A stretch of DNA of 64,000 nucleotides from Octopus vulgaris (Eukaryota). The stretch lies in the NCBI GenBank assembly GCA_951406725.2, contig OX597821.1:14446001-14510000 (forward strand). Reading direction: 5' to 3'. Below are positions 41,368-55,532 of this stretch, piece after piece (within the stretch, counting starts at the first letter, position 1; each line of letters starts with the position of its first letter). The notes under the pieces are model-generated. The model did no database searches. It was not told the DNA's origin and worked only from the letters and a program-made list of their open reading frames with translations. The translations under genes were made by a program, and so were the position numbers.

Positions 41368-41438
41368 TCCCACTGATGAGAACTTCTCCTAGCAAATTAC
41401 TTTATTTGCTAATTAGAGTTCGAAACCATGGTCCAGGA
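41368..41438 (+). ncRNA. Type I minimal hammerhead ribozyme
   Basis: CTGATGA (41373-79), helix II GAACT...tagcaaat/atttgcta...AGTTC, GAAAC (41422-26), CATG, GTC (41431-33), CAGGA; predicted cleavage after 41433. Confidence 0.8.
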
Positions 41439-41665
41439 GAAAGATGGTAAATGTTTTTATTTTCTATTTTTCATTCCCTTCGAAATTACCCTTAATAGTG
41501 GTTTGAATTTTGACTACCCCTTCTAGCGTATTAGGTGTCCTATTATGGTCATCTCTTATGTGTTTAAATGTACACTGTATTTATATGAATTATACATAGT
41601 CTATTGACTAGTTTCTACATGTTAGGCCACTGGTCCTAGATATATATATATACACACACACACCC

Positions 41666-41702
<37 letters not shown>

Positions 41703-41929
41703 ACACACACACATGATGCACTTCCTTCAGTTTCTCTTGTCTACCAAGTTTACTCACGAGGCATGGCTGGTTGGCTTGAGGCTATATTAGCAGACACTTG
41801 CTGAAGGTGCTGTTCATTTGTATTGAAGTTGAATCCAGGTGGTTGTGAAGTGAACTATTTAACCACATAGTCATACTTATTTTTAAGAAATGCATTCATA
41901 CTTTGTGTAGATTTGAACTATATACAAAT

Positions 41930-41978
<49 letters not shown>

Positions 41979-41980
<2 letters not shown>

Positions 41981-42363
41981 TTTTACTCTTTTACTCTTTT
42001 ACTTGTTTCAATCATTTGACTGCGGCCATGCTGGAGCACTGCCTTTAATCGAGCAACTCACCCCGGAACTTATTCTTTTGTAAGCCCAGTACTTATTTTA
42101 TCGGTCTCTTTTGCCGAACCGCTAAGTGACGGGGGACATAAACACACCAGCATCGGTTGTCAAGCAATGCTAGGGGGACAAACACAGACACACAAACACA
42201 TACACACACATACATATATACGACAGGCTTCTTTCAGTTTCCGTCTACCAAGTCCACTCACAAGGCATTGGTCGGCCTGAGGCTATAGTAGAAGACACTT
42301 GCCCAAGGTGCCACGCAGTGGGACTGAACCCGGAACCATGTGGTTGGTAAGCAAGCTACTTAC

Positions 42364-42368
<5 letters not shown>
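41979..42368 (-). mobile_element. tRNA-derived SINE, family A
   Basis: Reverse-complement copy, head slightly truncated. Confidence 0.9.
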
Positions 42369-42415
<47 letters not shown>

Positions 42416-42528
42416 AAACCTATGTAGTAGACAGAAACATGGCAGATTTAAATACCTCAGTGTATATTGTAAAATAAGAAAGTAAAAATGTTTAATCTAT
42501 TTTTGATCTTTATTGGAGCTTCCTCATA

Positions 42529-42940
42529 GGTGCAGCATGCCTGTGTGGTAAGAAGCTTGCTTCTCAACCACATGGTTCCAGGTTCAGTCCTACTGCATGG
42601 CATCTTGAGCAAGCGTCTTCTACTATAGCCTCAGGCTCTCTGAAACCAAGTGCGTGGATTCGGTAGAGGGAAACTGAAAGAAGCCTGTTGTGTGTGTGTG
42701 TGTGTGTGTACGTTTGTTTGTGCGTGTGTGTGTTTTTGTGTCTATGTTTGGCCTCCACCACTACTTGAGAACTGGTGTTGGTGTGTTTGTGTCCTTGTAA
42801 CTTATTAGTGTGGCAAAAACAGACTTATAGAATAAGTAGAAGGCTTAAAAACTGAGTTCAGGGATTGATTCATTTGATTAAAACCCTTCAATGTGGTGCC
42901 CTAGCATGGCTGCAGCCAAAGGAATGAAACAAGTAAAAAG
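42529..42940 (+). mobile_element. Diverged family A SINE (head-to-head with the 41979 copy)
   Basis: Same layout with more substitutions. Confidence 0.85.
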
Positions 42941-43094
42941 TAAATGATAAAAAAATTAGGTTTTCTGTATCACTTGACCAATCCTAGAGAAACAAACAAC
43001 CAATTTGTTTATATAAATAACAAACCCAATAGTTGAGAGAACTGGGGCAACTACTTTGCATACCATTAATGTTTTACATTTTAGTTATAGCCAT

Positions 43095-43310
43095 ATGAAG
43101 GGGTGCTGATAAAGTCCTGGTTTTAAGGGTATCGTGAAAAGTTTGGTTGGAGGCCCAACATTTTGAGTTCTTTTACAGGGCTTAGAAGAACCGAAGGACC
43201 AACGCAATAAGTGTGTGAATCCAAGAGAGGAATATGTTGATTAATATAATTAACTGATAATATAATTAACCTCCTGTTTTCTTTTACTGAAAGCCAGGAA
43301 CTTTTCAGGA
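43095..43310 (+). mobile_element. Mariner-derived MITE
   Basis: TIR-like gctgataaagtcctggtttt vs aaagccaggaacttttcag; internal transposase C-terminus ..RNKCVNPREEYVD*. Confidence 0.65.
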
Positions 43311-43319
43311 ACATGGCAA

Positions 43320-43590
43320 ATTTAATTATTTATCCATAGATTAAATTTTGAATAAGACTAAAAATTCACGCTGTTTTTACCATATTTCTGTTGATATGCC
43401 CTGTGTTTCTTTCAATTAATTTTAATTATAACAAAGAATTTAGTAAAATAACTTAGTTATCATTAAGTTAGTGTTAAAAACATAAATTCTAAGGTTTGGT
43501 GGAAGACTTTAATTCAGAACTTTCAAAAACAAGACATTTGTACTAAAGAGCCAGAGTTGGTTTCAGACAGGTTGATATCAAAAGGGTTAA
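43320..43590. mobile_element. piggyBac-like MITE fragment
   Basis: Ends in ...atcaaaaGGG|TTAA (CCC terminus + TTAA target); the other end is not evident. Confidence 0.4.
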
Positions 43591-44133
43591 AGGTAGGTTT
43601 AAATGATGGGTTATGAATTTGTACAGAGTGTCTAATTGCCATAATATCAATTTGATATCATGTTCAGTGATATTGAAATTAGTTTCATTTGTTCAAAGGT
43701 AATATTATTAATATCATATTATGTCTCATTACCTGTGTCTTACCTATGCACTACAAAGCTGGAGCATGAACCCAATGAATATAAATTCAATTAAAAAAAA
43801 AATGCTATGATATAGTATTAAATAGCAAATATTTATGGTCAATACTGAAATATGCATGAAAAATATGCACACTAAATTGCAGATATTTGATGCAACCTAT
43901 TTTTAAATGAAGAAATCAATGGAGAGCTATTTAACTATATTAGCAGTTAATAATTGCTACCGCTGAAAATATTTGTTAGGTATTACAAAATACCATTTTC
44001 TATTTTCTACACTTCTTAAAAGAACAACCATTCCACCCAGCTCACAACCCACCAGCAATAATGACAGGTATTTAAAAAAAAAATTTGTTAAACATATTTT
44101 CTTTAGATTAGTTTAATCTCATGCAGGTATGTA

Positions 44134-44217
<84 letters not shown>

Positions 44218-45013
44218 TACACACACACACACATATATATACATGCACATATATTTAGACATATATACATCTATAGATATTTATATATGTATCTATACAT
44301 TTATATAAATATATATATGTATATATGAATTTCTATATGTGTATATGTGTGTATGTGTGTGTATATATATGTATGTATGTATCATGTGTGTGTGTAAACT
44401 GAATAAAAAGAATAAATATAATAAATTAATTCAGATTTTCATTTTGATTGAAAATTAAACATAAGCCTTATTAAAGATGGCCGACTCACTTGTTACTGTT
44501 GCTTCACAGCAGTTTCTTACTCTCCATCAAGTGGATCTATTGCCATGGCAACTAGATCAGAATCTTCCATAGCAATTATAATGCATGCAGCAATGGCTGC
44601 CGTGATAACAAGAAGAACAACAGAGAAAAAAACAGAAGAATAAATTTACGATAGTGGAAAAGATGATAAAAAGGGATGGATATGTGTGTGCAATTGAATG
44701 TCTGTTTGTAATTGCAAATATATATATATATGTGTGAGTGTCTTTGTGTATGTGTGTACATATGTGGATATATGTAGCCATATTTATATACATTCACACA
44801 GACACATACACACATGTATAGATATGTCCGTAAGTAAACATAAGAACACCCATGCATATAATCACAAACACACTCACACATGCATGTGTGTATACACACA
44901 CACACACATATATATATATTGATAGATATATATAATATATATATGTATGTAGGTATATATTATATATATATGTATATATATATATGTGTGTGTGTGTGTG
45001 CATATGTGCTTGC

Positions 45014-45066
<53 letters not shown>

Positions 45067-45158
45067 TATATTTACATATGTATACACATATATATATACA
45101 TATATACATACATATATATATATGTACATACATAGATGCAGATATATATGTATATATA

Positions 45159-45210
<52 letters not shown>

Positions 45211-45245
45211 CATACATATATATATATACACATATGTACTTACAA

Positions 45246-45277
<32 letters not shown>

Positions 45278-46474
45278 TTGCATACACTCACATACATATG
45301 CACACACACATATATACAGGTAGGTAGATAGATAGATCTAGATAAACATACATACAGATAGATAGATTAGATAGGTAGATACAAAGACTGATAGATGGAT
45401 ACATAGGGAAAGAAAGAAAATGCTAGAATTTAACAAGCATATATGTTTGATGACTGATATTGTTCGGCTGGCTGGTTGCTTAGCTTAGGCTTGGCTGTTC
45501 GTATATGACAGAATCAGTGATGGCTGCCATGTTAATTTCAGGTGGTGGTGGTGGAGAGGCTGGCATGAATAGATCGCATGTAGTGGCCAGGTATTGATCG
45601 AATTTACTATGTGGTACTGTTACTGAGCCTACTGTTATTAGTACATCTTACTTGCTTTTCTAATTTACTTTTTCTTGATATTTATTTATTTTTGTAAATG
45701 AATGATATGGACAAGACAAGCTGAAAAGAGTAGGAAAGATTATCTGAATACAGTGTCATCAAGTTTTTGAATTGAGAAAATAAGAAAAGAGAAAGAAAGA
45801 AAGAATATGTAATAAATAAATGTCTCAAATACTGTTAGAATTTACATGAAGATGCTTTTCTTAAAGTACTCGTAATCTCTGTCTCTTTGTCTCTCTCTTT
45901 CTCTGTCTGCCTGTCTTTCTCTCTGTCTGTCTGTATGTCTGACTCTCTTTTCAAGTGCCATGCTTATTTTACAGGTGTCAGTAGTCATGGACCTCCATGT
46001 CAAAGTCTGAAGATACATGATTTATGTCAGATATTTAGCTTACTGTTAAGAAACAGGGCCTATTTAACTCTAGGCAGGAGGACGTGTTCATGTGACATGA
46101 GGGTATGTTACACACATTGGTGGGCCCATGAGAAATGTGTTTTGGGGTTAGACCTCTTCTGAGTTTTGTGTGCATTAACTCAAGGAACATCTTGCCATTT
46201 TCTCCATAACTGGAGCCTTTAATTAGTACCATCCTAGGTCAGAGCAGACCTGCAGGTAGTGATGATTTAGGGATAATACCATACTACCCAAAATTCTTGA
46301 ACTTCTTTACCATGGAAGTCCACAGTCACTGATGCCTGTAAAACAGATAAGGCACATGAAGAGAGAAAGAGGGAAAGGCAGAGAGAGAAAGTGGAGAGAG
46401 GTCTGGTAATGCTAATTTTTTTATAGTGTGTGTGAGCATATGCATGCAAGTTTTTTGTTTTGTTTTACTATATA

Positions 46475-46637
46475 GGCGTAGGAGTGGCTGTGTAGTAAGT
46501 AGCTTGCTTACGAACCACATGGTTCCGGGTTCAGTCCCACTGTGTGGCACCTTGGGCAAGTGTCTTCTACTATAGCCTTGGGCCAACCAAAGCCTTGTGA
46601 GTGGATTGAGGAGACAGAAACTAAAAGAAGCCCATCG

Positions 46638-46684
<47 letters not shown>

Positions 46685-46902
46685 ATGTGTATATGTTTGT
46701 GTGTCTGTGTTTGTCCCCCCAACATCGCTTGACAACTGATGCTGGTGTGTATACATCCCCATAACTTAGCGGTTTGGCAAAAGATACCGATAGAATAAGT
46801 ACAAGGCTTACAAAGAATAAGTTCTGGGGTCGATTTGCTTGACTAAAGGTGGTGATCCAGCATGGCCACAGTCAAATGGCTGAAACAAGTAAAAGAGAGA
46901 GT
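46475..46902 (+). mobile_element. tRNA-derived SINE, family A
   Basis: Full-length match to the other family A copies. Confidence 0.9.
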
Positions 46903-47291
46903 ATACCTTTTTATGTAGCAGATGCTGTATTGTTTGATCTTTATCTTTTAGTTTGGAAGAAAGGCAGTATTCATGACCCTTTAGCTACCATCCAACACAG
47001 GAAGATTAATCCTGAATACTTGCAACAGGGTAAGCTCTGGTGCCAGGCATGATGAAGGAAGTAATAGATGCACACACACACACATATGTATAGCACAGTA
47101 TGGCTGGGGGATTAAGAATTTCCCTCCTAACCACGTGGTTTCAGATTTAGCTTCATTGCGTAACACCTTGCACAACTGTCTACTCTAGCCCAGGCTAACC
47201 CAAAGCCTTGTGAATTGATGGAAACTGAAAGAAGCCATTTTTATGTGTGTTTATGTATGTATGTATATATATATATATATATGTGTGTGTG

Positions 47292-47338
<47 letters not shown>

Positions 47339-47455
47339 TATTTAATTGATTTTCATGCTTTACTCTGAATTGTAAAGGTCACAATGACTGAAACCGGTAC
47401 TAAAATGTTCTCCATGATAAAATTATTTTAGCATTTTCTACCTTGTCTTATTTTT

Positions 47456-47530
<75 letters not shown>

Positions 47531-47856
47531 CATATTTTTGTGTGTGTTTGAATCTCTTTGTCTAGACATCATGGGATAGTTATAAACAGGCAACACTGTC
47601 ATACAAGTTCCTTATTCCTTGTCATTTGTGAAAACTTGTTTGGCTATGGGGAAATATTGGCTTGCTAGGAAACAAGTGAGGGCTGGTGACAAGAAGGGAA
47701 TCTGACATCACTGAATTCCATCTGACCTAGTCAAGCATGGAAAAGTGAACATTGAGATGATGCTCCTCTTGATACTGAGACATACGGTATGATACAGAAA
47801 CACACAGTACAAGCATCAAATATGACTTGGTAATATGTACCATGTATTCTCTAATT

Positions 47857-48195
47857 CAGTGGTTCTCAACATGGGTCCAGATGACCCCTGGAGATCCATA
47901 TAAGACTTTTGGGGGTCCACACAAGCAAAATAGTAAATTGGGCACCCATGGTAGCATATTAAGGGTCCATGAAAAAATTTTCCTGTTGATGTATTTATGG
48001 CAAGAAACAGCTAGATTTCTTTTTCTTACATTCAACCTACACAAGGTAACGTGTGAAAAGCAAAATAGGAATTTTGAAAGAAGTATTTATAAAGCTAGTT
48101 TTTAAATACTGAGTGGCTATGGGGGCTTCATCAGAGTAAAATAGTAATGACAGGGGTCCATAGTTAAAAAAACAAAAAACAGTTGAGAACTACTG
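47857..48195. mobile_element. hAT (Charlie-like) MITE
   Basis: TIRs CAGTGGTTCTCAAC / GTTGAGAACTACTG; imperfect 8-bp TSD ctctaatt / tcctaatt. Confidence 0.85.
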
Positions 48196-50065
48196 TCCTA
48201 ATTATTTGAGGTTCTTGTGTAGTCATGAGCAGGCGTAGATATCCTTATGGTCCTCTCAATATTACTTAACTGACTGTGAAGGATGTGACAACCACAGAAA
48301 CAGAGAAAGGGTTTTAGAATCACCCTGTATGTATGTGTTGTGGAGTTGAGTTAATTACTAGAGAGTTTTTAACAACAATACAACATACATCCTAACAATT
48401 TAGGAAAAAAGATATACTGCTGCTCCTAAGTAGGTGTTTACAGAATTTTCAAAAGCCATCATCAAATTGCAAAGGGTTTAATTGTTTTATGTAAGAACAT
48501 TAGTGACACGTGAATTAACACAGATAATGTTATGAAAATATGAATGTCAAGGATTTAGATATATGTAACAGATCCTCAAAATATCAAACCTAACACAAGT
48601 GTGGGTGATTACAGATTAATTACATGTAAGAAACAGTTACAAAATCATTCAAATGCTTACACATTTTGTTTTATTTCATCTTTTATTGATGTACAATGTG
48701 TTTTTTTTTTTACTTTATTTTCAAGATAGAAGATGGGAAGTATAGCTTTTATGTTGAAAACAAAATATTATTTTTGTTAAGTAACATTTACATCTCTGCA
48801 TGATTTTACTTATGGCAGGCTAGTAGTCAATTAAAACCTTGAGATGGGAAATCTCATCTAACATAGTAAAATATGCCAAGGTTGAGTTTAGTTTTGGATC
48901 TTGCTCTGCATTGGTTATATAAAATGTAATACGCAAAGTTGTTTTTTTTATCACACTATACTGTTATTTACATTCTGTCTGTCATAGTAAAGCTATACAA
49001 CTTTTACTAACACTTGACAGATGAATAGTTTTTACAAGACAGTTTTAGTCCAGAAAGGTATATGAAAGTTATATTGTATGTTAGAAAATCATCTTTGCTG
49101 GAAGAATTTAGAAGGGTATACAAGGAGAATTCTTGAGTGTTAAGAAAAATTGTGTTGATGAGACAGGTGCTTGCTCGTTTTTATCTTTTCAGTGATGCTT
49201 GGAATTCTGATTTTAGCTTGCCTTTCATTCTTCTGCATCAGTTACTTATATATATATATATGCTTGTGTGTGTGTTTGTGTGTGTGTATATTAAGAAGTG
49301 ATGTCAATGGGAGTAGTTAGGATCTCATCTACCTCTTAGTCAAAGTATTGTTTTACAGGCTGTATCAGTATTTTATAGAAACATATGTAAAGAACCATAA
49401 GCATACACAGACATAAGTTTATCTTTCTGCCTTCTGTTTCAAAGGAGGTGTAATAAATGATTTCTACATTGACTGAAAGTTAACATATTCACTACCAGAT
49501 CTTTTTAAAGCACTCAAAAACAAGCACATTACATTGCCTGAATTGATAATACTCAGGGATATAAGCTCATAAATATTAAATTAAAACCCCAATATATATA
49601 CGCTGTATTTTTGTTTTTTGACCTTTCATTAGGTATATAATTCTAACCACAACCTACTAAGCCAAACAACTGTTTCTCTTCTCATCTCAATATTCAGATG
49701 ACATTAACAGAATAGTTAGCTACAGTAATTTGCTTCTGCAACTAATTAGTGTAAGTGCCTTAATTTGCAGGACCATTTGAAAAGTATTTCACTATAAAAA
49801 AATGGATGTAAAAATGTTAATAGGGAAAAGGGAAATAAGGTGCAATCCATTAATAGCTTTGTTAGAGCTTCATTGCTTCTACTAAAGCAAGCATTTAATC
49901 CATTTGATATAATTACTATTCATAATATTCATTTGGAAGAAATAAATTTTGTTTATTATATTACATAATTTACTAAACTAAATGTAAGCTAAGTTTGACT
50001 TTCAGCAAATATTTTTTGAGAACCTCTGACCTTGCTATCATGGAATATATTTATAGTGCCTTCAA

Positions 50066-50275
50066 ATTTTGGTACAAGTCCATCAATTCTGGGGGAGGAT
50101 TTTTAAAGTTGATTACATAGATCCCAGTATTCAACTAGTTCTTATTTTATCATCCCCAAAAGTTTGAAAGGCAAAGTTGACCTCAGTGGAATTTGAACTC
50201 AGAATGTAAAGATGGACGAAATGCAGCTAAGCATTTTGCCCAGTGTGCTAATGGTTCTGCTAGCTTGCCGCCTTG
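50066..50275 (-). mobile_element. Diverged SINE-like repeat
   Basis: B-box complement ggaatttgaactc; tRNA-like head on the minus strand. Confidence 0.5.
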
Positions 50276-52603
50276 AGGAGTATGGTTATATTATTAATTA
50301 TAAGGGGCAAAATAATGTTTAAGGCTAAGTACTTTAGGAAAGTGTACAATTTCTCCATATATTAAATACTGGTTCAAAGTTCTAATTATATATCAAAAAC
50401 AAACTTTTGTCAACAGTTTTTGATTAAGTTTTTGTGTGGAGGACTGGTTTCTGTAATCTTTTCACTTTTGTTGCTAATCTTTGGCCAAGACTTTAAGCTC
50501 AAGATAATTAATTTGGCAGCTGATTCTTTTTTTTCTTTGTTTTGTTTCGTTTTGTTTTTAACAATAAGCTTAGTAAATCAATTGGAGTGTAACTATTGCT
50601 GTCTAACCTGTTGACAGTAAGGTTACATGAGATAGGTTAGTGAAATTAAATTTTTACTTAAGTAGGTTTGATGGCTGATTTGTTCAAATAATGAACTATT
50701 GATTCTAAGGTTTTGAGTTGTCTTATCTTTGGCATGAGTTTTCCCTGGTGTCATTTCTTTTCATTAATTTAAATTAAAACTTAAACATTATCTCAATTTC
50801 ACAGTGGAGCAATTAATGTGAATAAGGTTATCCAACTATAAAACAGATGCTTTAACAACAGACAAAAATAAATTATTTAACCTATGTCAGTATAGAAAAT
50901 GATATAAAAATGTTTTTAAATATTCCACTGTTACCTTGATTGTATCAATTTCTCTCAAATTTCTCATATTAAATTATTATCATCACCCTTTTCTTCTACA
51001 CAAAGAGAACTTGCATCATAGCCTTATCAAGAATTTCTCAATACTTCTACAGTTGAAAGTGCTTATGAGTCAGGCTTATCTTGAACAATTGACTTTACAT
51101 AAAATTTCTAAACTGATTCTATAAAAAAAATCAGCACATAAAGTCTTTGAATTGGATAGTACTTCTATCATAAAATTCCTAAGATACTATTTTTTCTTTT
51201 ACAGTTACAAATCTATCTTATTTCTATTTTTACACATAGCAGAAGCTACCATTTGAAGTTATAACATTGTTAAAGACAAAGATCACTTGTCTGTATAAAG
51301 CAAAGATTTCTTTAAAATAGCTTTTGTGTATTCCACAGTTTATCTCATCCCAAACAGAAAAAACTTTTTTACCCTTCCAACTATCACCTCAAATGTGATA
51401 GAAACTATTGAAAATAATGCTCTCATTCATTCCCTTAGGTCTTTCTCCCTTCTCAGAACTATCAGTAGTATTTCCATAAAGCTAGATCAACTGGAAACTT
51501 TTTCTTGTGTTATGCTCCAAAGGTAATTCCTCCTTAAGAACTTTGCTTGAAACAGTGTTGTTGCTTTTGACACGTATAAAGCCTCCAATGCACTAACTTC
51601 TTTTATTCAAGTCAACTTCCCAAATCTTGTGCTTTGCTTTATAATTCCTTCACAGAATTGTAATCTTTTGGAATCCCCATTGTGCACAAAAATTTTTCTT
51701 GTCAAAATTAATCTCCAGATGTTCTGAGTGAACCTCAGTCACATAAATCTCACCAGTGAAGGAGAATTTATAAAGGTTCTTGGCAATGTCTCTTTCTTTG
51801 TAATTAACTGGAATTTAAAATTTAATGTTAAACTCAAAGTGTATTTTGCTTATCTTTGTCTTTCAATGATCTTCATTAAACTTAATCTTTGAGTTGCTCT
51901 TCTACATTGCTTCTCTGCTTTAAATAAATAAGAGCAGAAAATAGGCAGTTAAATTACACTTCTATTTTCTTTGGCATTACTCTAATGATAGTATCTGTTC
52001 ATAGTGCCATTAGAAATTATCTGTCTGTTGTGTGTAAACTGTGTAAATGTACTGTTGTGTAGTGTCTTGCCTTTCTATGAGCAAAATGAACAACAGTTAA
52101 TGTTTAAGTTTTCTCAATTCTCATTCCTAACCTTCCACTGTTGTCATCAATATCCTTTACCTTCCACCAATGAATGACATGATTAACCTTCATGTGTATT
52201 TCTTATCAATCATAAATGAAATTTTTTACAAATATAATCTAATAGTCTAATTTTATAAGTTAGTTGGCATTTATATTATCCCTTCCACAGTTCATATGTA
52301 CATGTTGCTTAACAGTTATTATCTGTTCATTTTGCATTTCCATGTCAACATATGCTTTTCTTTTCGATTTTTTACCCTACTACAATTCTAAGTTACTATC
52401 TTATAATAATTCAATAAATACATTCCATCCATTTTTTTTTCTTTCCCTTCTGCAAATATTATAATTTATTAAAATAATTTTAGAAGAGATTATCAATGTT
52501 TCTGATAAGTAATATCCATATCTTTTCAATTTATGCACTAAAACTTTTACTCTGCCATAAATTTGCTATATATAGTTTTTATATATTCTCTTTCAAACAA
52601 CCT

Positions 52604-52666
<63 letters not shown>

Positions 52667-53025
52667 CTTGTCCCAGTTTGTATTTTTCTACATAATAAAA
52701 TATATATATATATATACATGTATGTGACATAACATTCAAATAAATTGCAGAGGTAGTTGGTCAGCGCAGTTTTGATATGCTTTAGCATCTGTTTTCACCC
52801 ATAAAACACTACTAACACCTCCTAAAATAATTGTAATATGACACTGCCATCCGAACCATTTAAAATCTGGCTATATTAGAGAAAGCCTTTAGTATCAGAT
52901 ATGAGTGGAAAAGTTAAAGTTGTTGGGGGTGCATGGATTCCCACCGGCTTCTGATTTTGTTATTATGCATCCCTGCTGTAACTGTGGATTTCATGCCAAA
53001 ATTGACCTAATAAGACACCTTAGAA

Positions 53026-53226
53026 CAGTGCCTCTCAAACTTTTTGCTGAAGCAGAACCCCAAGGAAACATTCCACTGGCTTGGGGAACCCCCGTGCAAT
53101 AATTTAATAGTCTTATGCACACATATCTGCACAGGAGAATTTAAAATTACTGCCGATTTTAGCAGTTTTGTGACTTCTTGCAGAACCCCTGGACTGTACT
53201 GGTGGAACCCTGGTTGAAAACCACTG
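53026..53226. mobile_element. hAT MITE with perfect 8-bp TSD
   Basis: TIRs CAGTGCCTCTCAA / TTGAAAACCACTG; ccttagaa at 53018-53025 and 53227-53234. Confidence 0.9.
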
Positions 53227-53662
53227 CCTTAGAACCTTCAAAGTAAAACTGATAACCTAGACATCTTCAAAGGTGTGAAGGATGAACCAAACAGACTGGG
53301 CCTTTAACACACAACTATTCTAACTTTATTACTTAACAAAACAAAATTCATGAATATGTGTATATGTCAGTGCATCTGTTTGTGTAACTGGAAATAATTC
53401 AGCTTTCCAACACATGCAAACACATGCATATACATATGCACACACCAGTACACAGGCATTTATATAAAATTGTTATAACGTTTTCATTGAAAATGGAAAG
53501 GCAAACGATTCAAAGCATAAAATGAAGAGGAGGATATAATTGGATTTATTGAATTAAGAACTCTTTCAGGACTTTATTGTTTCATTCTCAGAATAATTCA
53601 TCTTCAATTAATTCTTTTGAAAAAGAAAATCTATTAGTTTCATATATATATATATTTATATA

Positions 53663-54227
53663 TTGGGTTGTCCGGAAAGCTTGTGCCGATTTTTAAAGGA
53701 AAGAAAAAGGTCAAAAATACTTGCCATTACATTTTTAATCAACCAAGTATAAACCATTTTTTTGCACAATGCGTCTCCATCTTTCCTTTAACTTGAAAAT
53801 ACTCTCTTCCCAGAATTGAGGTGGTTTCATAGCAAAGAATTCATCAAGGTATCTTTTTACATCACCCAAGGAATTGAAATTTTTACCATTAAGACTATTC
53901 TGCAGAGACCTGAATAAGTGGAAATCTGAAGGAGCAATATCTGGTGAATATGGAGGGTGGGGTAACACATTCCAGCCGAGCTGCAGCAATTTTTGTCTGG
54001 TTCCCAAAGCATCAAGTGCCAAAAATGAACTTTCTTATCTTCGATTTTAAAGGGTTACAGAATTGACACAGGTTATAGGAATATAAACCTTCTTCCAAGA
54101 AAAGATAGCTCAAACTGTGCTCTAAATGGAGGTGTAGTCAAATCATATTTTATGGACTCAACTATGTTCTAAAATAAGTTGAAAGGTAAGCTACTATAAA
54201 TCGGCACAAACTTTCCGGACAACCAAA
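53663..54227 (-). mobile_element. Internally deleted mariner transposon
   Basis: TA-flanked ~30-bp TIRs ttgggttgtccggaaagcttgtgccgattt / aaatcggcacaaactttccggacaaccaaa. ORF 53735-54022 has the mariner motif LPHPPYSPDIAPSDFHLF and the transposase C-terminus. Confidence 0.93.
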
Positions 54228-55465
54228 TACATGTGTGTGCATATACATACACACATACTGTACGTATGTATGCAGGTACATATGTATGTATAGCTTTATG
54301 TATAGAGAGTCATTCATATGTTGAATTAAAGTTGAAAAATGCTGATCTTTGACTGTAGGAAAAATTTAGTACCAGAGAAATAACATAAATACTATTAAAA
54401 TGTCCCCCCACCCACTCACCACATACACTAAGACCTAATCCTATTTATTTTCAGATAATTTTTCTCACACTAAAATTTTGCGTGGAGCTGATTATTTTGT
54501 CCTGAAAATAGCAAAATTCATCTAAATAGCTCATTTATGACTACGACTTCAAGAGTACCGTTCTTACTCTACAACTATTATTACTTTTAATATTTGATGT
54601 GAGCAATTAATGAGATGGTGTATTTTGTGTGATCTTTAATAGAAATTTTAAAGAATGCCATGTGTTTCTCCAGCTTTGCTATTCATAAATATTTTATAAT
54701 TGTTACTTTTCTTATGGAAAAATATTGATTAATTCTAATTGTACAAATCCAAATTCTATATGGGTGAGTATCTATGTAGGTCAGTTGGATAAATCTCCCA
54801 GAATATGATTACTTCATGGACTTCAGATTATTAAACCTAGTTTATACATATTTCATGGGTGTCAGATGGATAAAACATGAAGTAAACATCATAGTTATCA
54901 TCATCATCATTACTAGTGTCATTATCATTATCATTGATTAATGTCTGTTGTTCAGTACTGGTGTGGATTAGGTTTTCTTTGGAAGTATTTTATAGTAAGA
55001 TCCATTTCCTCTCATTGACCCTTTTAGTCATCTCAAATAGGGAACTAAAACTAAATAATTTGACATTTAATTTGATAGTCCACCATTTATACCGTTTCAC
55101 TAACAAACATTAGAATACTGTATAAAGAACTAACGGATTTCAATATTTCTGATTAATTCTTTCATTTTGTGTAATATATTATTCAGGAATGATGATGGAA
55201 TAAATCTATGGTGTTAGTTTATTACAACTTGAAACAACTACAGTTTAGTTTTAGAAAATGTTAATGGACACCACCTAAGTATGATGGGTTTCTTTTCATC
55301 TTTATATGTATTTGTTTAATAATTAATGTCTCTAGGAAAGTTTAAGTTTGAATAGAAATGTTTTTTTCTATAATAGAACAATATAGCAATAAAGAACTGA
55401 ACCTCAACAGTATGACAAACATTATAAATATTTTACAGTGAACAGATTAACAGTACAAGAATATA

Positions 55466-55532
<67 letters not shown>

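Larger units (their letters stand above)
41150..41479. mobile_element. ~330-bp palindromic element with canonical minimal HHRs on both arms
   Basis: Arms 41150-41264 and 41359-41479 are reverse complements; HHRs at 41184-41254 (-) and 41368-41438 (+). Confidence 0.88.

Noticed and set aside
51100-51900. Possible decayed coding sequence (also 21300-22800)
   Set aside because: No recognisable protein motif could be read; would need BLASTx against TE proteins.
53735-54022. Functional transposase or SETMAR-like gene
   Set aside because: Only the C-terminal ~90 aa remain inside a 565-bp internally deleted element.
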